This document shows positions 38,101 through 50,761 of a stretch of DNA of 64,000 nucleotides, piece after piece. This stretch comes from Pocillopora damicornis. Lineage: Eukaryota. Position 1 is the first letter of the stretch. The number at the start of each line of letters is the position of its first letter. The translations under genes were made by a program, and so were the position numbers. The notes below the pieces were generated by a model, which worked only from the letters and a program-made list of their open reading frames with translations, did no database searches and was not told the origin of the DNA. The stretch covers positions 1 to 64,000 of the forward strand of contig NW_020846346.1 of NCBI RefSeq assembly GCF_003704095.1, read 5' to 3'.

Positions 38101-40948
38101 GACAGACGGCTATAGCAGTGCTGCCTGACGAGAAGCTTTCGCCTATATTCTCCATTGACAGCTAAAAGAGAAACTACAGATTCCTGCCAGCTGTCATAAC
38201 CTATTCATTATAATTTTCGCGCGATTCTATTGGCTACTAAACATCACGTCGTATCAGCTCCTACCCTTCATCAAATTGTGATTGAAATTGGCTTTGATCA
38301 TTCTTATCCTTTTAGTAAAACAAACTTGATAAGATTTCTATTACAGGACAAAGTCGAGGAAAGTGTAATCAAGAATACTTGAGTCATCCTACTTGCTATT
38401 CCTGTGGTTCTGTATGGTCATTTATTTTTTCACGCTTGTTAATTGCTCACTCTATATTCCAACATTAATCTTATCTTAAGATCATTCAAATTCTTTGTTC
38501 TTCATTTTTACCCTTTTGAGGGAATTAAGGATGGTGAACTCATGGTGCACTTGCCGCTCTCACCCATGTAGCCCGGTGTGCGATTCCTGATTCTGCTGGC
38601 ATATGTAGGAAGAGTTTGTTATTGGTTTCCTTCCTTTCTTTGAGGGTCGTGTTCTTCCTTCCACGCAAAAAATCACTCCGATCTCCTTTGCTGCCAGTGG
38701 ATTAACCCTTTAACTCTCAAGATCTCATTAACAATTCTCCTTACTGTCTGTCATATAAATCTTGTGATGTTAGTTTGAATCATTAGGTATTGGATCAGCT
38801 AATAATCCCTTATGGTCACTCATGGGAGTTAAAGGGTTAAGAAACACTCTGTAAATGTGCCACCGCTGAATTGAATTATTTCTATATCACTAGAACTATA
38901 CAGACGAAGCTGAGAGTGCTTTGCTAAGAGAGAACAACAATCTGACTGAGGAACAGTGCAGTGACCTGATGAAAACGCTACGCGTGGTGTGGTTGGACCC
39001 AGTCCTCAAAGATGTCCATGATCCCAATGATCACGAATTCTTGATTTTGGAAGAGCGTTTGAGGTCTGTTTATCAGAAACTTGACAGCGACTTCAAGCAA
39101 CAGGCCAAAGGAGACAAGAGCTTATGTTCAAACCTGGCTTACATCTATGAATTGGTATGGATAGTTTTTTTTTGTTCAGGGTACAATGAACTTCCTGTTT
39201 CATTCTCTTCCCTCCAACTCCTTCACCTGATTATTACCGCGGTTTATGGAAAGGTTTGGTTTGCTTCCTGCATACACATATTGCCCAAAACAACAAGTTA
39301 GAAAATAAATGACATACCACAGTCTACAACCATTTACTTTTTACCATCACTTAAAGTAATATTCAGTTTGCAGTTTTAATCATAATTCTCGGTCGCGAAA
39401 CATAATTTTTTTTTCTAGTTTAACGGACGTTGATGAAACGTTTTAGGAATGAGAAAAGGTAACGCGGGAGGCGTTGCATAATCTGTGTCTGTATCTGAGC
39501 AACTGCACCTACCCCTTCCCTAACCCAAAAACAGTCAACTGATGACAAGTAAGGGTTGATGTTGTTTTAGTGAAGGAGTTGGTGCGCAGTTTCTCAGATA
39601 CTGACATTGATCTGTGTTTCATTACACTGACAGCAACATTTTGAAGAGATGAAGAAACATCTTGCTCGACTTAGGACAAGGAGGAAGTATTATGAAGATA
39701 TCTCCTCCGAGAGAGCAGCGAGAGAAGCTGAGGCTGAGGAGACAGAAAGGCTAAGGGTCAGTTTTTTTCATATTTGAGAGCCTAGATTACCAAGCTAGAT
39801 ACCTTTCAGGCAGGAGGAAGAATGATACTCTTTGAACATTGGTTATTTATATGCGTCATTCGCTAAGTTTGTTTAGATTAGTGGTTGTTAATATTTGAAA
39901 TGGAGGTGACTATTGGATTAATGTTTACCGAACCGCAAGCTAAGGAAAAATGTTCATTAGCACATGATAGCAAACAAGTACGATTGCTGATATCACGAAG
40001 CTCGCTGAGTGTAGATATTAATTATAATAATGGTTATGATGCTGCTTTTCTTTCGATATGGCTACCTGGAGTGGTAAAGTTTCGACAAACAATACTGCTG
40101 CTATTTTATTATTGTATTTTACCCTGATGATCAACAAAAAAATGTTTTTTCGCTCGAAGAACAAGATTTGAATATAAACGAGTTTGGGTTTCTGGATACT
40201 TCCTTTATCTTAATTCAATATAGTTGATAACTTTCCTGTAGCAGTAAAATACATTTTCACGTATTTCATTGTTACTTAACTTTTTTCTTTTATTTATTTT
40301 TTCACTTTCATCCTTTTTTTTTTAGGATGAGAACTTGCATTTGGTAGAGAACAGAAAAGAAATCGAAGGAAAGGTAAGAGCTTTAGATAAAACTCTATCA
40401 ACTTTTTCAATTAAATTTTTTATGATGTGTTTGTAACAAAGTTGAGAGGAATCAAAATTTTTTTTAATTTCGAGTACGAGTCAGTCGCCCATATCTTAGC
40501 AGAATTAACTATCCTTCATTTATCTGAGAGGAGATTTTGAAAGGTACATTTGGCATTTGCAGTAGAGTCTTGCTACGTCGACTATTTTATAGTCAGCAAT
40601 GCATAATAAAGTTAAGGTAATAAATAGGAAGGTTCTCGTTTCCACTCTGTGCTTCGGAGGTGAAAACTTAAACAAAAACTTAATTTAATCTTTTCCACTT
40701 TTATTTCACGACATTCGTTTTACAAGGTGCTGTCTGGTTAAAAGGTAACCTATACTAAGTATCTTTAGCGTAAGTCGTGTTTTGAATTGATAACAAAATA
40801 CAAACCCAAAGTCTTTGTATCTCAGATAACTCGCCTAGAGGAGAAACACATCGAAGATCAAAGAAACATCAAACGCATGGTTGAAGAACAAATGCGAACA
40901 CAGAAAGAGCAGGCCGAAGCTGCCATATCCGAAGCGAGGGAAAGATCG
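35118..40948 (+). CDS. GBP: Guanylate-binding protein (GBP/atlastin family); exons 35118-35587, 35858-36020, 36473-36734, 37204-37339, 37786-37948, 38894-39154, 39634-39756, 40326-40373, 40826-gap
   Basis: G1 AGPCRRGKS, ETMGIWLW, G3 LLDSEG, LSSVLIYNS, G4 FPSFVWLLRD, GAVPVVESAW and a helical/coiled-coil C-terminus. Nine exons splice in frame. Confidence 0.93.
35588..35857 (+). other. U12-type (minor spliceosome) GT-AG intron in GBP
   Basis: 5' site GTATCCTTT. Branch-point-like GCCTCAAC at 35841-35848, about 9 nt before the AG. No polypyrimidine tract. Splicing restores the frame (GLD-HIIKISQRI). Confidence 0.85.
38706..38836 (+). mobile_element. TTAA-flanked piggyBac-type MITE, internally deleted copy in a GBP intron
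   Basis: ttaa-CCCTTTAACTCTCA...TGGGAGTTAAAGGG-ttaa. Confidence 0.8.
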
Positions 40949-41463
40949 NNNNNNNNNNNNNNNNNNNNNNNNNNNNNNNNNNNNNNNNNNNNNNNNNNNN
41001 NNNNNNNNNNNNNNNNNNNNNNNNNNNNNNNNNNNNNNNNNNNNNNNNCCTTAGTAATAACTAAGAAAGACCTATCTGTGACTACTTTAAGCTGAAATAT
41101 CGCACTTCAAGGATGATTAAGGAAATTATCATTAATTCTCTTAAACTGTTAGTAATAATTATAGGATCACCGTGATAGCCTGTATTTCATCTCTGCTCCA
41201 TTTTTACATGAGAGTCTCCTTCAGCTTTCCTATCCCAGATGAGTCTTATGCATAGCAGATAAACATATAATGAGAAGCCTAGCTATATTAAAATAAAAAT
41301 GGAGCATTAAGCTAAGGGAAAACCGACTCTAAGCTATCTTAAACAAGTACATGCCTTCATCTAAAGTCTAACAGTTACATAAATTCCTCATGAGCCTTGT
41401 AAAGTTCCACACACACATGCTAAGCCTCTCGGTCAAAACATCCTGGCTCAAGTTTGAATATAA

Positions 41464-44400
41464 TCAAATATTTTGCGTTTCTAGAGCGCTGGGAAGTAGG
41501 AGGCCCTCAGACATAGCCAGGTCCTCTTCCTTCTGCTTTTCTCCCTCGTCACGTTTGTGGAGATCGTGGAATCCCTTATAAGTTCGACGCAACCTTCGCC
41601 AAAGAGCTGCACATAGTGTGTTTGGTGCCTAATGAGTGTAAAGAAAAAGTTAAACTTATGTTCCTGCATTAACAATGACTCAAGTGTTCTTTACAGAACT
41701 TCTGGAATGCCAAGCCCCTCTCCACTCCTAAAGGGTTTGATGATATCTGAGCCTGATATAATTATCAGAAGAGGAAAGACAGATCTCATGCACCGATATT
41801 GCAAACAAACCTTCGCTGCATGTAGGTTATCGAACTCAAATAACGAATGACGCAAAGGGAGTCGAAAAAAAGGCTGGAGGGGGTGCACCATTAAGGTGTG
41901 ACGTAACTGATGGGAGACGTAAAAATAATCTTGCAGCGAACAACGAAGAAAAAGGCTTATTATTAGTTTATAACGTAATGTGAACTGTTAAGAGCGCAAA
42001 GTAAACGATATAGCAGATTTTTTATAACCGTGATATTATATTCGAGAACTGAAACCAATCAGTACCCACCTCGCCATCTTTAGACTGGGTGTCTTTGTAA
42101 GACGCATAAATCAGTTCCATGGACAGGACAATCAACCCAGCAGCCACGCCCACTACAAGGGTGATGAACACCCCAGCCAAATCACTAAACTGAAGCTGGT
42201 CACCGCCCTCCTCAGCAGCTTCCTGGGCTGCCTGTGTCTCTGCACCGCACACGCTGCGGCTTTTAAACCATTTCTCTTTCATGCGCTGTAAGAAGCCATC
42301 TTGTTGCAACTCCAACATGGCTACACTAAAGTTATGAGTGTAAAGTGAATTGCGAGGGAGAGCGAAGCCATAGTTGATACTACCAAATGGTCTGTGGAAG
42401 ATGGATCAAAATAGATTTAATAGAGACAATTCTTAGATTAAATAGAAGGAGGGGGAAGGGGGGAACGGGAATACTCAGAATTGATCCACTTGCGCATGCC
42501 CTATATTAGACGTCTGTGTTTGCGTACTGATTGGAAAGCGCCATGACACAACCATGTTCAACCTAAGAAATTTCCATATTTACCTTTCGATAAGAGTCAG
42601 TGTGTTACACGGTTCTTGTTGCACGTCATATTCAAGTACTGCCGAGTCCCAAATGAAGGCATAATTTTCCGTGTTTCGCACTTTTTCAATCCCAGCTGTA
42701 TGATTCTTTTCCAGTGTTCCATGACGCTCGATGAAATCCCATAGTTTCTCGTAGACTGGGAGCTTAGCCTCTCTAGGAAAAGGAAATAAGGCAATGTTGG
42801 TTTATTTAGTTCACTGGCATCTGAGAAAAAGAGAGAGTCTCCCCTACGCAAAACTTTTTTAGTTCTTGCTAATCGTTGCTAGGCGATTAGCTTCTCATTT
42901 TATGATGCTTTGCGAGCAACGAGCTGGGTTTAAGCATGATTGGAATCTTTTAGAGGAATTGGAAAGGCANNNNNNNNNNNNNNNNNNNNNNNNNNNNNNN
43001 NNNNNNNNNNNNNNNNNNNNNNNNNNNNNNNNNNNNNNNNNNNNNNNNNNNNNNNNNNNNNNNNNNNNNGCCCTATCTTACCAAGCTAATGTAGTCGCTC
43101 TACCAGATTGAGAAATCGGGTGCAGGTTATCTGGAGTCTGCTCTAGATAAGAGGCAACCGCTGCCCAGAATGAATGAAATAACGAGAGGGTATTCTTCGC
43201 AAGCGCTTCCTCGCTGCTGACTTCCGCTGATTGTACCACCTTGCCATAGTAGCCATACGGGCTCAGTCGGTCATAGATCCAAACCACAGTTCCTATGATC
43301 ACTGATGAGCTGATGATGGCAATCCACAAAGTCTTCTCAAAAGGATCTAAAAATCCCCAGGTATTCACCTTGTTTTCCATGTCTGTTTTCTTCATAACTA
43401 TCTTGAATCCCAGACTGTAGTAAGGTTGTGTAAAGTCCACCGCTTTTTCGCGTTCAGGGCTGATGATTATAGTGGACACGGCCAGTTGAGCTTTCTGTGG
43501 AGAGTAAATGGTCAGTTGGTAAAGAGACATCGCAGAATTTTCACCATTAAAGCAACATAGAAGCTTTATATAGGGTACGTAGATGTGTACAATTTGCACT
43601 CTTCAGCCAAGAGGCCCATCCAGCTGGAACTTATCCCAGTTTGTGTAACGTAGCGAATATGTCTTGCTCTCACCCCCTGGATGGGATGCAGTTCATAACA
43701 CGTTACCTCTCCCACCCCTCCTCCCCTAGCATTCTTTCAGGACTGACTCCTTGAAAGTGCACTAGTTCCTATTTACACTCCCGGATGTAGAGCGGCACTA
43801 TGACGGTGATCCGCGACATCATTTATGATCTTGTATTAAACTGACGCACGGCAAAATGGAATATTTTAGTTATTTAGAAAAGCGTTGTATTTGAGTAGTT
43901 TCCTGAAAGCTTGCTGAGGTCGGTAAATGCATCGCCGCTATAAACGATTACACACTCTTACACATTTCACCTTTCTTGTCAGCTCCCCAATAATTCCACT
44001 CCAAGTACCATCACTCTGCTGGTCACCAAAGTTATCTCTCAGTTCCAGATGATATTCAAATTGTAATTTCTTCTTCAGCTCGTCTAATAAGTCAATACAG
44101 AATCCCTCGTATTCTACATCTGAATTACTGTTCGTGGAATTTTCTTTTTTCATGACGAACGGCGGACTCTGAAAAGAACATTTAAATTGAATAGCATCAA
44201 CGTTTGTTTTACAGCTCCGTTAAGCCCAGTTTCCATGTAATCGTTATCATCTCTTTCAAAATAATATATATCGTGACGATTTGTACGATTACTTGGATTT
44301 GGGACAATCAGATAGGATCCTCTTCTATCCAGAAGNNNNNNNNNNNNNNNNNNNNNNNNNNNNNNNNNNNNNNNNNNNNNNNNNNNNNNNNNNNNNNNNN

Positions 44401-47400
44401 NNNNNNNNNNNNNNNNNNNNNNNNNNNNNNNNNNNNNNNNNNNNNNNNNNNNNNNNNNNNNNNNNNNNNNNNNNNNNNNNNNNNNNNNNNNNNNNNNNNN
44501 NNNNNNNNNNNNNNNNNNNNNNNNNNNNNNNNNNNNNNNNNNNNNNNNNNNNNNNNNNNNNNNNNNNNNNNNNNNNNNNNNNNNNNNNNNNNNNNNNNNN
44601 NNNNNNNNNNNNNNNNNNNNNNNNNNNNNNNNNNNNNNNNNNNNNTAGGAACTCGAACCGCCGAGGGAGAAGAAAGACGTTTGGAAATATTGAGGAGTCT
44701 GAACTGACTGAAATTAAATTACTGAAAATGTGCGTGAGTGGCTTCAAGTTCTAATTAACGGCAAATAGAGTTGTAAACCAAACTCGAACTAAAAAGGCCA
44801 TAGAATGCTATCAAAAAGGAAACTTGGCTGATTTGAATGCTTTTAAACATACCAGGGCGATTAGCACTTTGATTCTGCTGTATTTTANNNNNNNNNNNNN
44901 NNNNNNNNNNNNNNNNNNNNNNNNNNNNNNNNNNNNNNNNNNNNNNNNNNNNNNNNNNNNNNNNNNNNNNNNNNNNNNNNNNNNNNNCCACGGTTTATCA
45001 GATCTGCACAGTCCATTGCCAACAGGAGGCTGCGAGAGTGATTCGTTCTGAGAAAGAATTCCTTCGATAGCCCTGGCGACAGTTAAAACAGCGTCATAGA
45101 TCCGTCCTGACCGAGCCTGTTGTAAATGAAATAACAGAGGACACATTAAAAAAAAAGTTTGTTTCAAGTCTTCTTCGCAGCCGTGGTTCGAGATATCACG
45201 CATTTAGGCCCTGAAAGATTGTTCTAGTAAAAGTAGCATATTATGCTACTAGCATTGCTCTATTTTTTCCTAATTTACGCTCGTTTTTCAAAATTATGGT
45301 ACTTCTTACGAAGGATGCTTTTCGAAAAAAGGAACAGAAATAAGTCCATACTTAATACTTGTTTTTAATAAAGCATGATTCTTCTTTATTTTGAGTCACA
45401 TGCTTGCTCTAATCAAACACAATTAACTGCTGCACTTAATTCCAATGTACGATGTTAGCACTACGTTTCTTTTGACGTCATTTTATTATTTCAGTAAAAG
45501 CGGGAACTAGGACTGTTTTGCCCAGTCCTCTAGAGGACGAACGACTTCGTATAGTTATTCTGGGAACCTTCTTCCCTCAAGACCTTTCAAAATTGATAAG
45601 AGACTGAAACGTGGAACGAACTCGCAAACAGTAAATCTTAGATACCAAACAAGTCATGACTCTGGTAATGTTCTCTTCAAAAAAATAAAAAAATTAAAAT
45701 ATGCTGATAATGCTTGCAATGCTACTTTTATAAAAAGACCAGACATTATGCGCGTTTTTCCAAATTATGCCAAAGATCTAGATTATGCAAGTGCAATTTA
45801 CAAGGGCCTACATAAAACTAGCTTAAGTGTAGCAAGGTGAACCGGAGACGAGGTAACGTAGACGTTCACTCGCTTCCGTTTCACCTTGACGGGGGAGGGT
45901 ACGGCCACACGTTTGCTGACATGAAACTCCAGTCCAGAGACTCACGTTAAGAAGATCATGAAAAAGTTAAGCATTTTTAAAACTACTGCCTTTAAAGTCG
46001 GAGATGTTCCCAATCTATTTTCCTTCATTGCCCACGCGAGACTGACAAATTTCATCGAACTTTGCATTGCAGCAAGAGATACTCAAAGGTTGAGCGTGTG
46101 CTAATTTATAAAGACATTTGCCGCCAAAGATTTGGCTGCACCAGATAACTGATAGAATGATATAAGATATCGCTCATTATCTGTCGCCCGGGGAATGGGG
46201 GTTTTGAAGATTTTAACGGGGCTACGACAAAATTCATCTGGTCCCCCCCCCCTTCCCCGTGTGAGGTCCTGTAATACTCTAATGATCCTCCTTTATAGTC
46301 TGTTGGCGACAGCTGATCACTCCTCGATCCTCCCTCCCCCCCAGGCGTAATAAATAATGATTGGTCCCCAGACCTACATTGATAGATGACGTTTCATCAA
46401 TTTTGCTCCATTCCTTCGAGACACTATCAAACAGTTGGCCACGACCTCTGACGGGTAAACGCACGCCAATGACTCCCTCTTTGTAAGAAATATCTCTGTT
46501 ATCCTGAAACATATACATCTTAGAGGTTAATTGAGGGTCAGCGGGTAAAATATCTTAAGGGCACAGCTATGAAAAAACAGAGAAAATACAACATGCGTGA
46601 AGTAATGATTCCCCACAATGATCGTTTTGCCACAGCATACTCTGTTCGGCTACCAGAAAAGGCCAGATGGACCCATACTACCCGCCTAAAATTGCAATCT
46701 TTGCAGCTGGCTCACCTACTTACAAGTTTTAGGAGAGAGATCCTTTACAACCGTTTTTACAGCAATGGAATTGTAAAACACTTCTTTGGAGGTTTCCATG
46801 AAAAACCAAGGCCTTAACGAGTTTGGGAACTTATTTGAAGCTCTGTTGTATTATTTTATCTTTTTTTGCGCCCTCATGGACCTTGGCTACGAATGAGTTT
46901 TTAAAAGCTAAGGAAAGGAGCTAGTGCAGTCAACTTCTTCACGTTTGCTCGATGTATAATGCATATCTGTTGTTTTGTAAAATACCAACAAACCAGGCAC
47001 GCAATGGTTGTGCGACCGGATGCTTGGATATGAGTGTTTCTTCGCCCTCGAGAGAGTATGAGGCCTTTAGGCAACGCGAGCCGTTGAGAAGTCTGGAAGG
47101 GGTCTGGAACCGAAATAGTAAAGGGGGCTCCTGTGGGTAGTAGGTGGTTAATTAGGCGTTGTTTTTTCAAACTTAAGGGGTGTGGCCCAATAAAGCTTTC
47201 TGATTGGTCAAATGGGTCACGTGGTACAAAATACTGCTCTGTGACTGGTTACTACCCGTCGGAGCCTCCTTTAGTTCTAACCGATTTACAGACCTCCAGC
47301 AAACCTCTCTCAGATTCATTTCAATTCTATTGCGCGGGCGGAGAAACGCTCGCCTTGCAGCGCTAATAATATGACGAGGGCTTGCTTGTAGGTTATACGA

Positions 47401-50400
47401 ATAATTGTAGCCACTGATCACAGGGATTAAAAGGTACTATCGGTGCATCACAATTGACGCCAAAAAGTTACAAAAGATTCTATTCGCTAACCTGAGAAAT
47501 TGCATTGTCAGTCAAAATCCACACCCATTCTCTGATCATGTCCAATTGTTCCGCTTGTTCCAGTACTTGTGGTACATAATCAGCTTGGCAACTTAACAGT
47601 ATCACGCGTGCGCCCTTCTCCCTCAGATTTAACAGGTTTTTTGTAGCATTTATTTTATAACTACCAGCTGTGACTGTAAAGTGCTCAACTCCCAGTATTT
47701 CCCACTTTTTGGCTGTAGCAAACCCTATGAATTGGCTCAATGCATTCATGTCTGAAATATCAAATTATATGGAATGAACTTTTATATCTTTTATTAACAT
47801 GCAAGCCACCAAGTTTCAATTGATTGGCTGATTGTGGCGTGTGGTGCCGACCAAATTCGCGGAAGACAGGCATGCGTATTGGTAAGTCATTTGTGACAAA
47901 GTTCCAGTTAGATATTGGAGTCCGTGGGCAACCTGTTCAAATTTTTATTTCTAAAGATAAAGAATCTAAATGGACTTAAGAAGTTATATAGAACTAATAT
48001 AAAAAGATGGTGAACTTTGAGCTCCGCAGTCTTGACCCTGCCCTCCCCTCCTACACGTAAGGGAGGATATGTTACATTTCTAGGTTCAAAATTTGCCATA
48101 CTTTCATTATTTTTTAAATTCTTGGTTTCTTGATGGGTGTTAATTCGAAGAATTTTTGGGAGCTTTGACTATCTTCGAGCAATATTACTGAAAGACAAGC
48201 ATTTAGAGTGGACTAGGTATTGACTTGAGGGTGCCAGAGGTGTAATGGCTTTTGCGGCTAACATTTAAAATTTAGGCCATTTTACGGCTAACCGTCAGTT
48301 TCTTTCCGACGTGGTCGACGAAAAAAATATTACGGTTAATCTATTTATAAACTGACGGTCAAAATTTGCCAATTTTTTTTACGCCTGACTGCTGATGGGT
48401 TAACCACATGAAGACCCTCTGGCTATGGATATGGTTGAGTGGTGCCTAACACGCCGTTCATTGTGTTCAAGTGACAACTAAATGGCTTACCATAAAGTGT
48501 GCTTGCTGTTAAGATTCCCATTCTTTTCCACTTGTGGTGTGCAATTAATTCCTTCATCGCAATATTCATTTGTGTATCATCAGGAGACATGCGCAGCAAG
48601 TACCTGTAACGACCACGAGAATTGAAATACAAATCTGGATCCGTGGCACTGGCGCTAATCTGGGGAATTTGCAACTTAGAACATAATGGGTGCGTCGCTT
48701 TCACAGCAACTGAAGTCTTTGGACCAATGATTGCAATCACTCCCTCGTTGATCAGCTGATTGACTAAACAAGGGAAGAAGTGTAAAATTATGAGTTTACA
48801 AGTGACACACAGGTTTTTTTTATTCATTCAAGATCTTGTCTTGAGCTTCAAAAGCGTTGAACTGTTCAAAAACACCGTGATTTACCAGCTTTATTGGTTG
48901 TTAATGACTCCTGTGAGACTACTCGGTTCTAGCGGCCTGAAAGTAAGATGTCGGGCCGGTCATCGTACTGTTTAAGCGTATACACATAAGCAAACGTTTG
49001 ACCGCTATTTTCATAATGTTCAAATAACTTCCTCTGACTTAGCCTGCAGAACCGGCGTTAATTTTTGTGTCTTACAGGCGAACGGAGACAAGTGCTAGGC
49101 GAGTGCGAATTGCAAGTCGCGCGCGAGGGGAGTCCTCCTCCGTTTGACTGAAAAATGCTATTCTGCAGGCTACCTCTGACTTGAACCAAAGCTGTATGGC
49201 GTTAGGAAGGATTCGCAATCACTAGCGCACCGAAACTCTCAGGGGTCGGGAGACAATGCATTCAATTCTTTTCTCTTTTGGGAGACTTTTAAGTTAAAGG
49301 TATGATAAGGCAGATTTTTTTCAGTAACCTTGCTATGGATGATCATGGCATCCACTGACACTAAAAAAAAAGTTAAGATTTTTTTTTGTTCGGAATGCAT
49401 TCAGTTTCATCCATAAAAATTTAAATATGACTTAAAATGGACCACGCGATGAAACACCGCGTTCAACCTTTCACAAACAGCTAGGTAATTTTGTAATTGC
49501 ATTCACACAGTAGGAAAGAAAATTACAAATAGTCCATTTTACAGTTGTGTGCTTGGTTGCCAAGGCTTTGGACAGGCTAAGGTTGACCTTGTTTTGATGA
49601 AAACCTTGCTGCTTTCGAATGCAAATTACTTTGCTATCATGCTAACTTGATACTGGTCTCTATCACAACAAGGTCACCTTCAGCCACACTCTAAATCAAA
49701 GACTTGGCAACTAAGTACACAACTGTAAAGGCCTATTACTGAAGCCAAAGAAGGAGAGAAAAAACAGCATAAATATTGTGCGAAAATAAAGCATTGTAGC
49801 AATTTGAGATAATTTGTTGGCATTCAAAAATTTAATAATCTCTCTGAAGAACACATGTTTCATTCACAATATATTGCTTTTACCATCATGATAGATGAGG
49901 AAAAATTTTGATTGAACAACGTGCCATTTGCCAAAAGCCACGTTTTAAGAAAGTGAAGTTTAAATTGGAGGACGCTTTTTAATATTTAACGATAAAATTA
50001 ACTTTCATTTTGATAAGGTGCACGAGTATTTATTTCAGTTTCTAAAAATGAGGATGTTAATCAATTTTAATTTAACTTTTTCGCGTTTGTGAGGGAAAAA
50101 ATTGTCACTATTTATTATAGATTAGAGTGTGATATGTCACGCTGTTTCAATGAGCACCAAAGAATTGTTTCGCATTGACACATCTAGCCGCATCCATTTC
50201 CTGTAAATTAACGGTTAGCCCTTAAAAAAGGGAAATACCGTTAGAGAAATGAGAAATGTAAAGACTTAACGGTATTTAGGTAACCTCAGACGGTCTTTTT
50301 CTCGTCGAAAGAAGACTTCGGATCTGTTAAAATTTTATGATCTGGGGTGAAGCACTTGAACAGGGTAAACAGGGTTGTTCCAGCTTACCTTTATAAATAT

Positions 50401-50761
50401 TCTCAAACGAATTATCTGCAGCCGCATATCGTATCGAACAGTTAAGAGTGATATTGGAGAGCCATCCCTCTTTATTCACGGTGTCGATTGCAAACCTTAA
50501 AATCTTTTCGTCTAAATCTGTGTTGTTCTTGGGGAAAATAGCACCTAAAATGCAAATACATGTATAAACTTGTTGTTAACCGCCGACTGGCCAGGTTAAC
50601 TGAAACATTTCCCTTCAGACGATTTAATTTAACAAACTATACTCATTAGAGAGTTTCATTCGCTTACCTAATTTGAAAACTTGCACTCCTTTCACTGGAA
50701 GAAGACGAAAGCAAACAAAGAAAGCGAGGAAAGTAACAAACACCAGATTTGTGCAAGACAT
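41464..50761 (-). CDS. Ionotropic glutamate receptor subunit; exons 50761-50668, 50544-50389, 48763-48491, 47751-47492, 46503-46378, 45116-gap, 44168-43971, 43494-43082, (M3 exon in gap), 42772-42584, 42391-42070, 41628-41464
   Basis: Signal peptide MSCTNLVFVTFLAFF. ATD GVIAIIGP...IPQIS. S1 SPPFVM, YEGFCIDLL, EREKAVDFTQP. M1 FLDPFEKTLW. S2 YAFIWDSAVLEY, YGFALPRNS, KEKWF. M4 LAGVFITL. Confidence 0.93.
45205..45810. mobile_element. Putative non-autonomous DNA element in an iGluR intron
   Basis: Ends TAGGCCCT / AGGGCCTA with imperfect extended inverted repeats and repeated (att)atgc subterminal motifs. No clear TSD. Confidence 0.45.
49040..49172. mobile_element. MITE with 12-bp TIR and 9-bp TSD
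   Basis: cctctgact-TAGCCTGCAGAA...TTCTGCAGGCTA-cctctgact. Confidence 0.85.
49528..49737. mobile_element. MITE with ~40-bp imperfect TIRs
   Basis: aatagtccattttacagttgtgtgcttggttgccaaggctttg ... caaagacttggcaactaagtacacaactgtaaaggcctatt. Confidence 0.75.

Noticed and set aside
42597-42851. ORF-track frame for this iGluR exon
   Set aside because: Wrong frame; the real exon reads EAKLPVYEKLWDF...YAFIWDSAVLEY.
44204-44991. ORFs spanning N-runs here and at other gaps
   Set aside because: Their length comes from X residues; they are gap artefacts.
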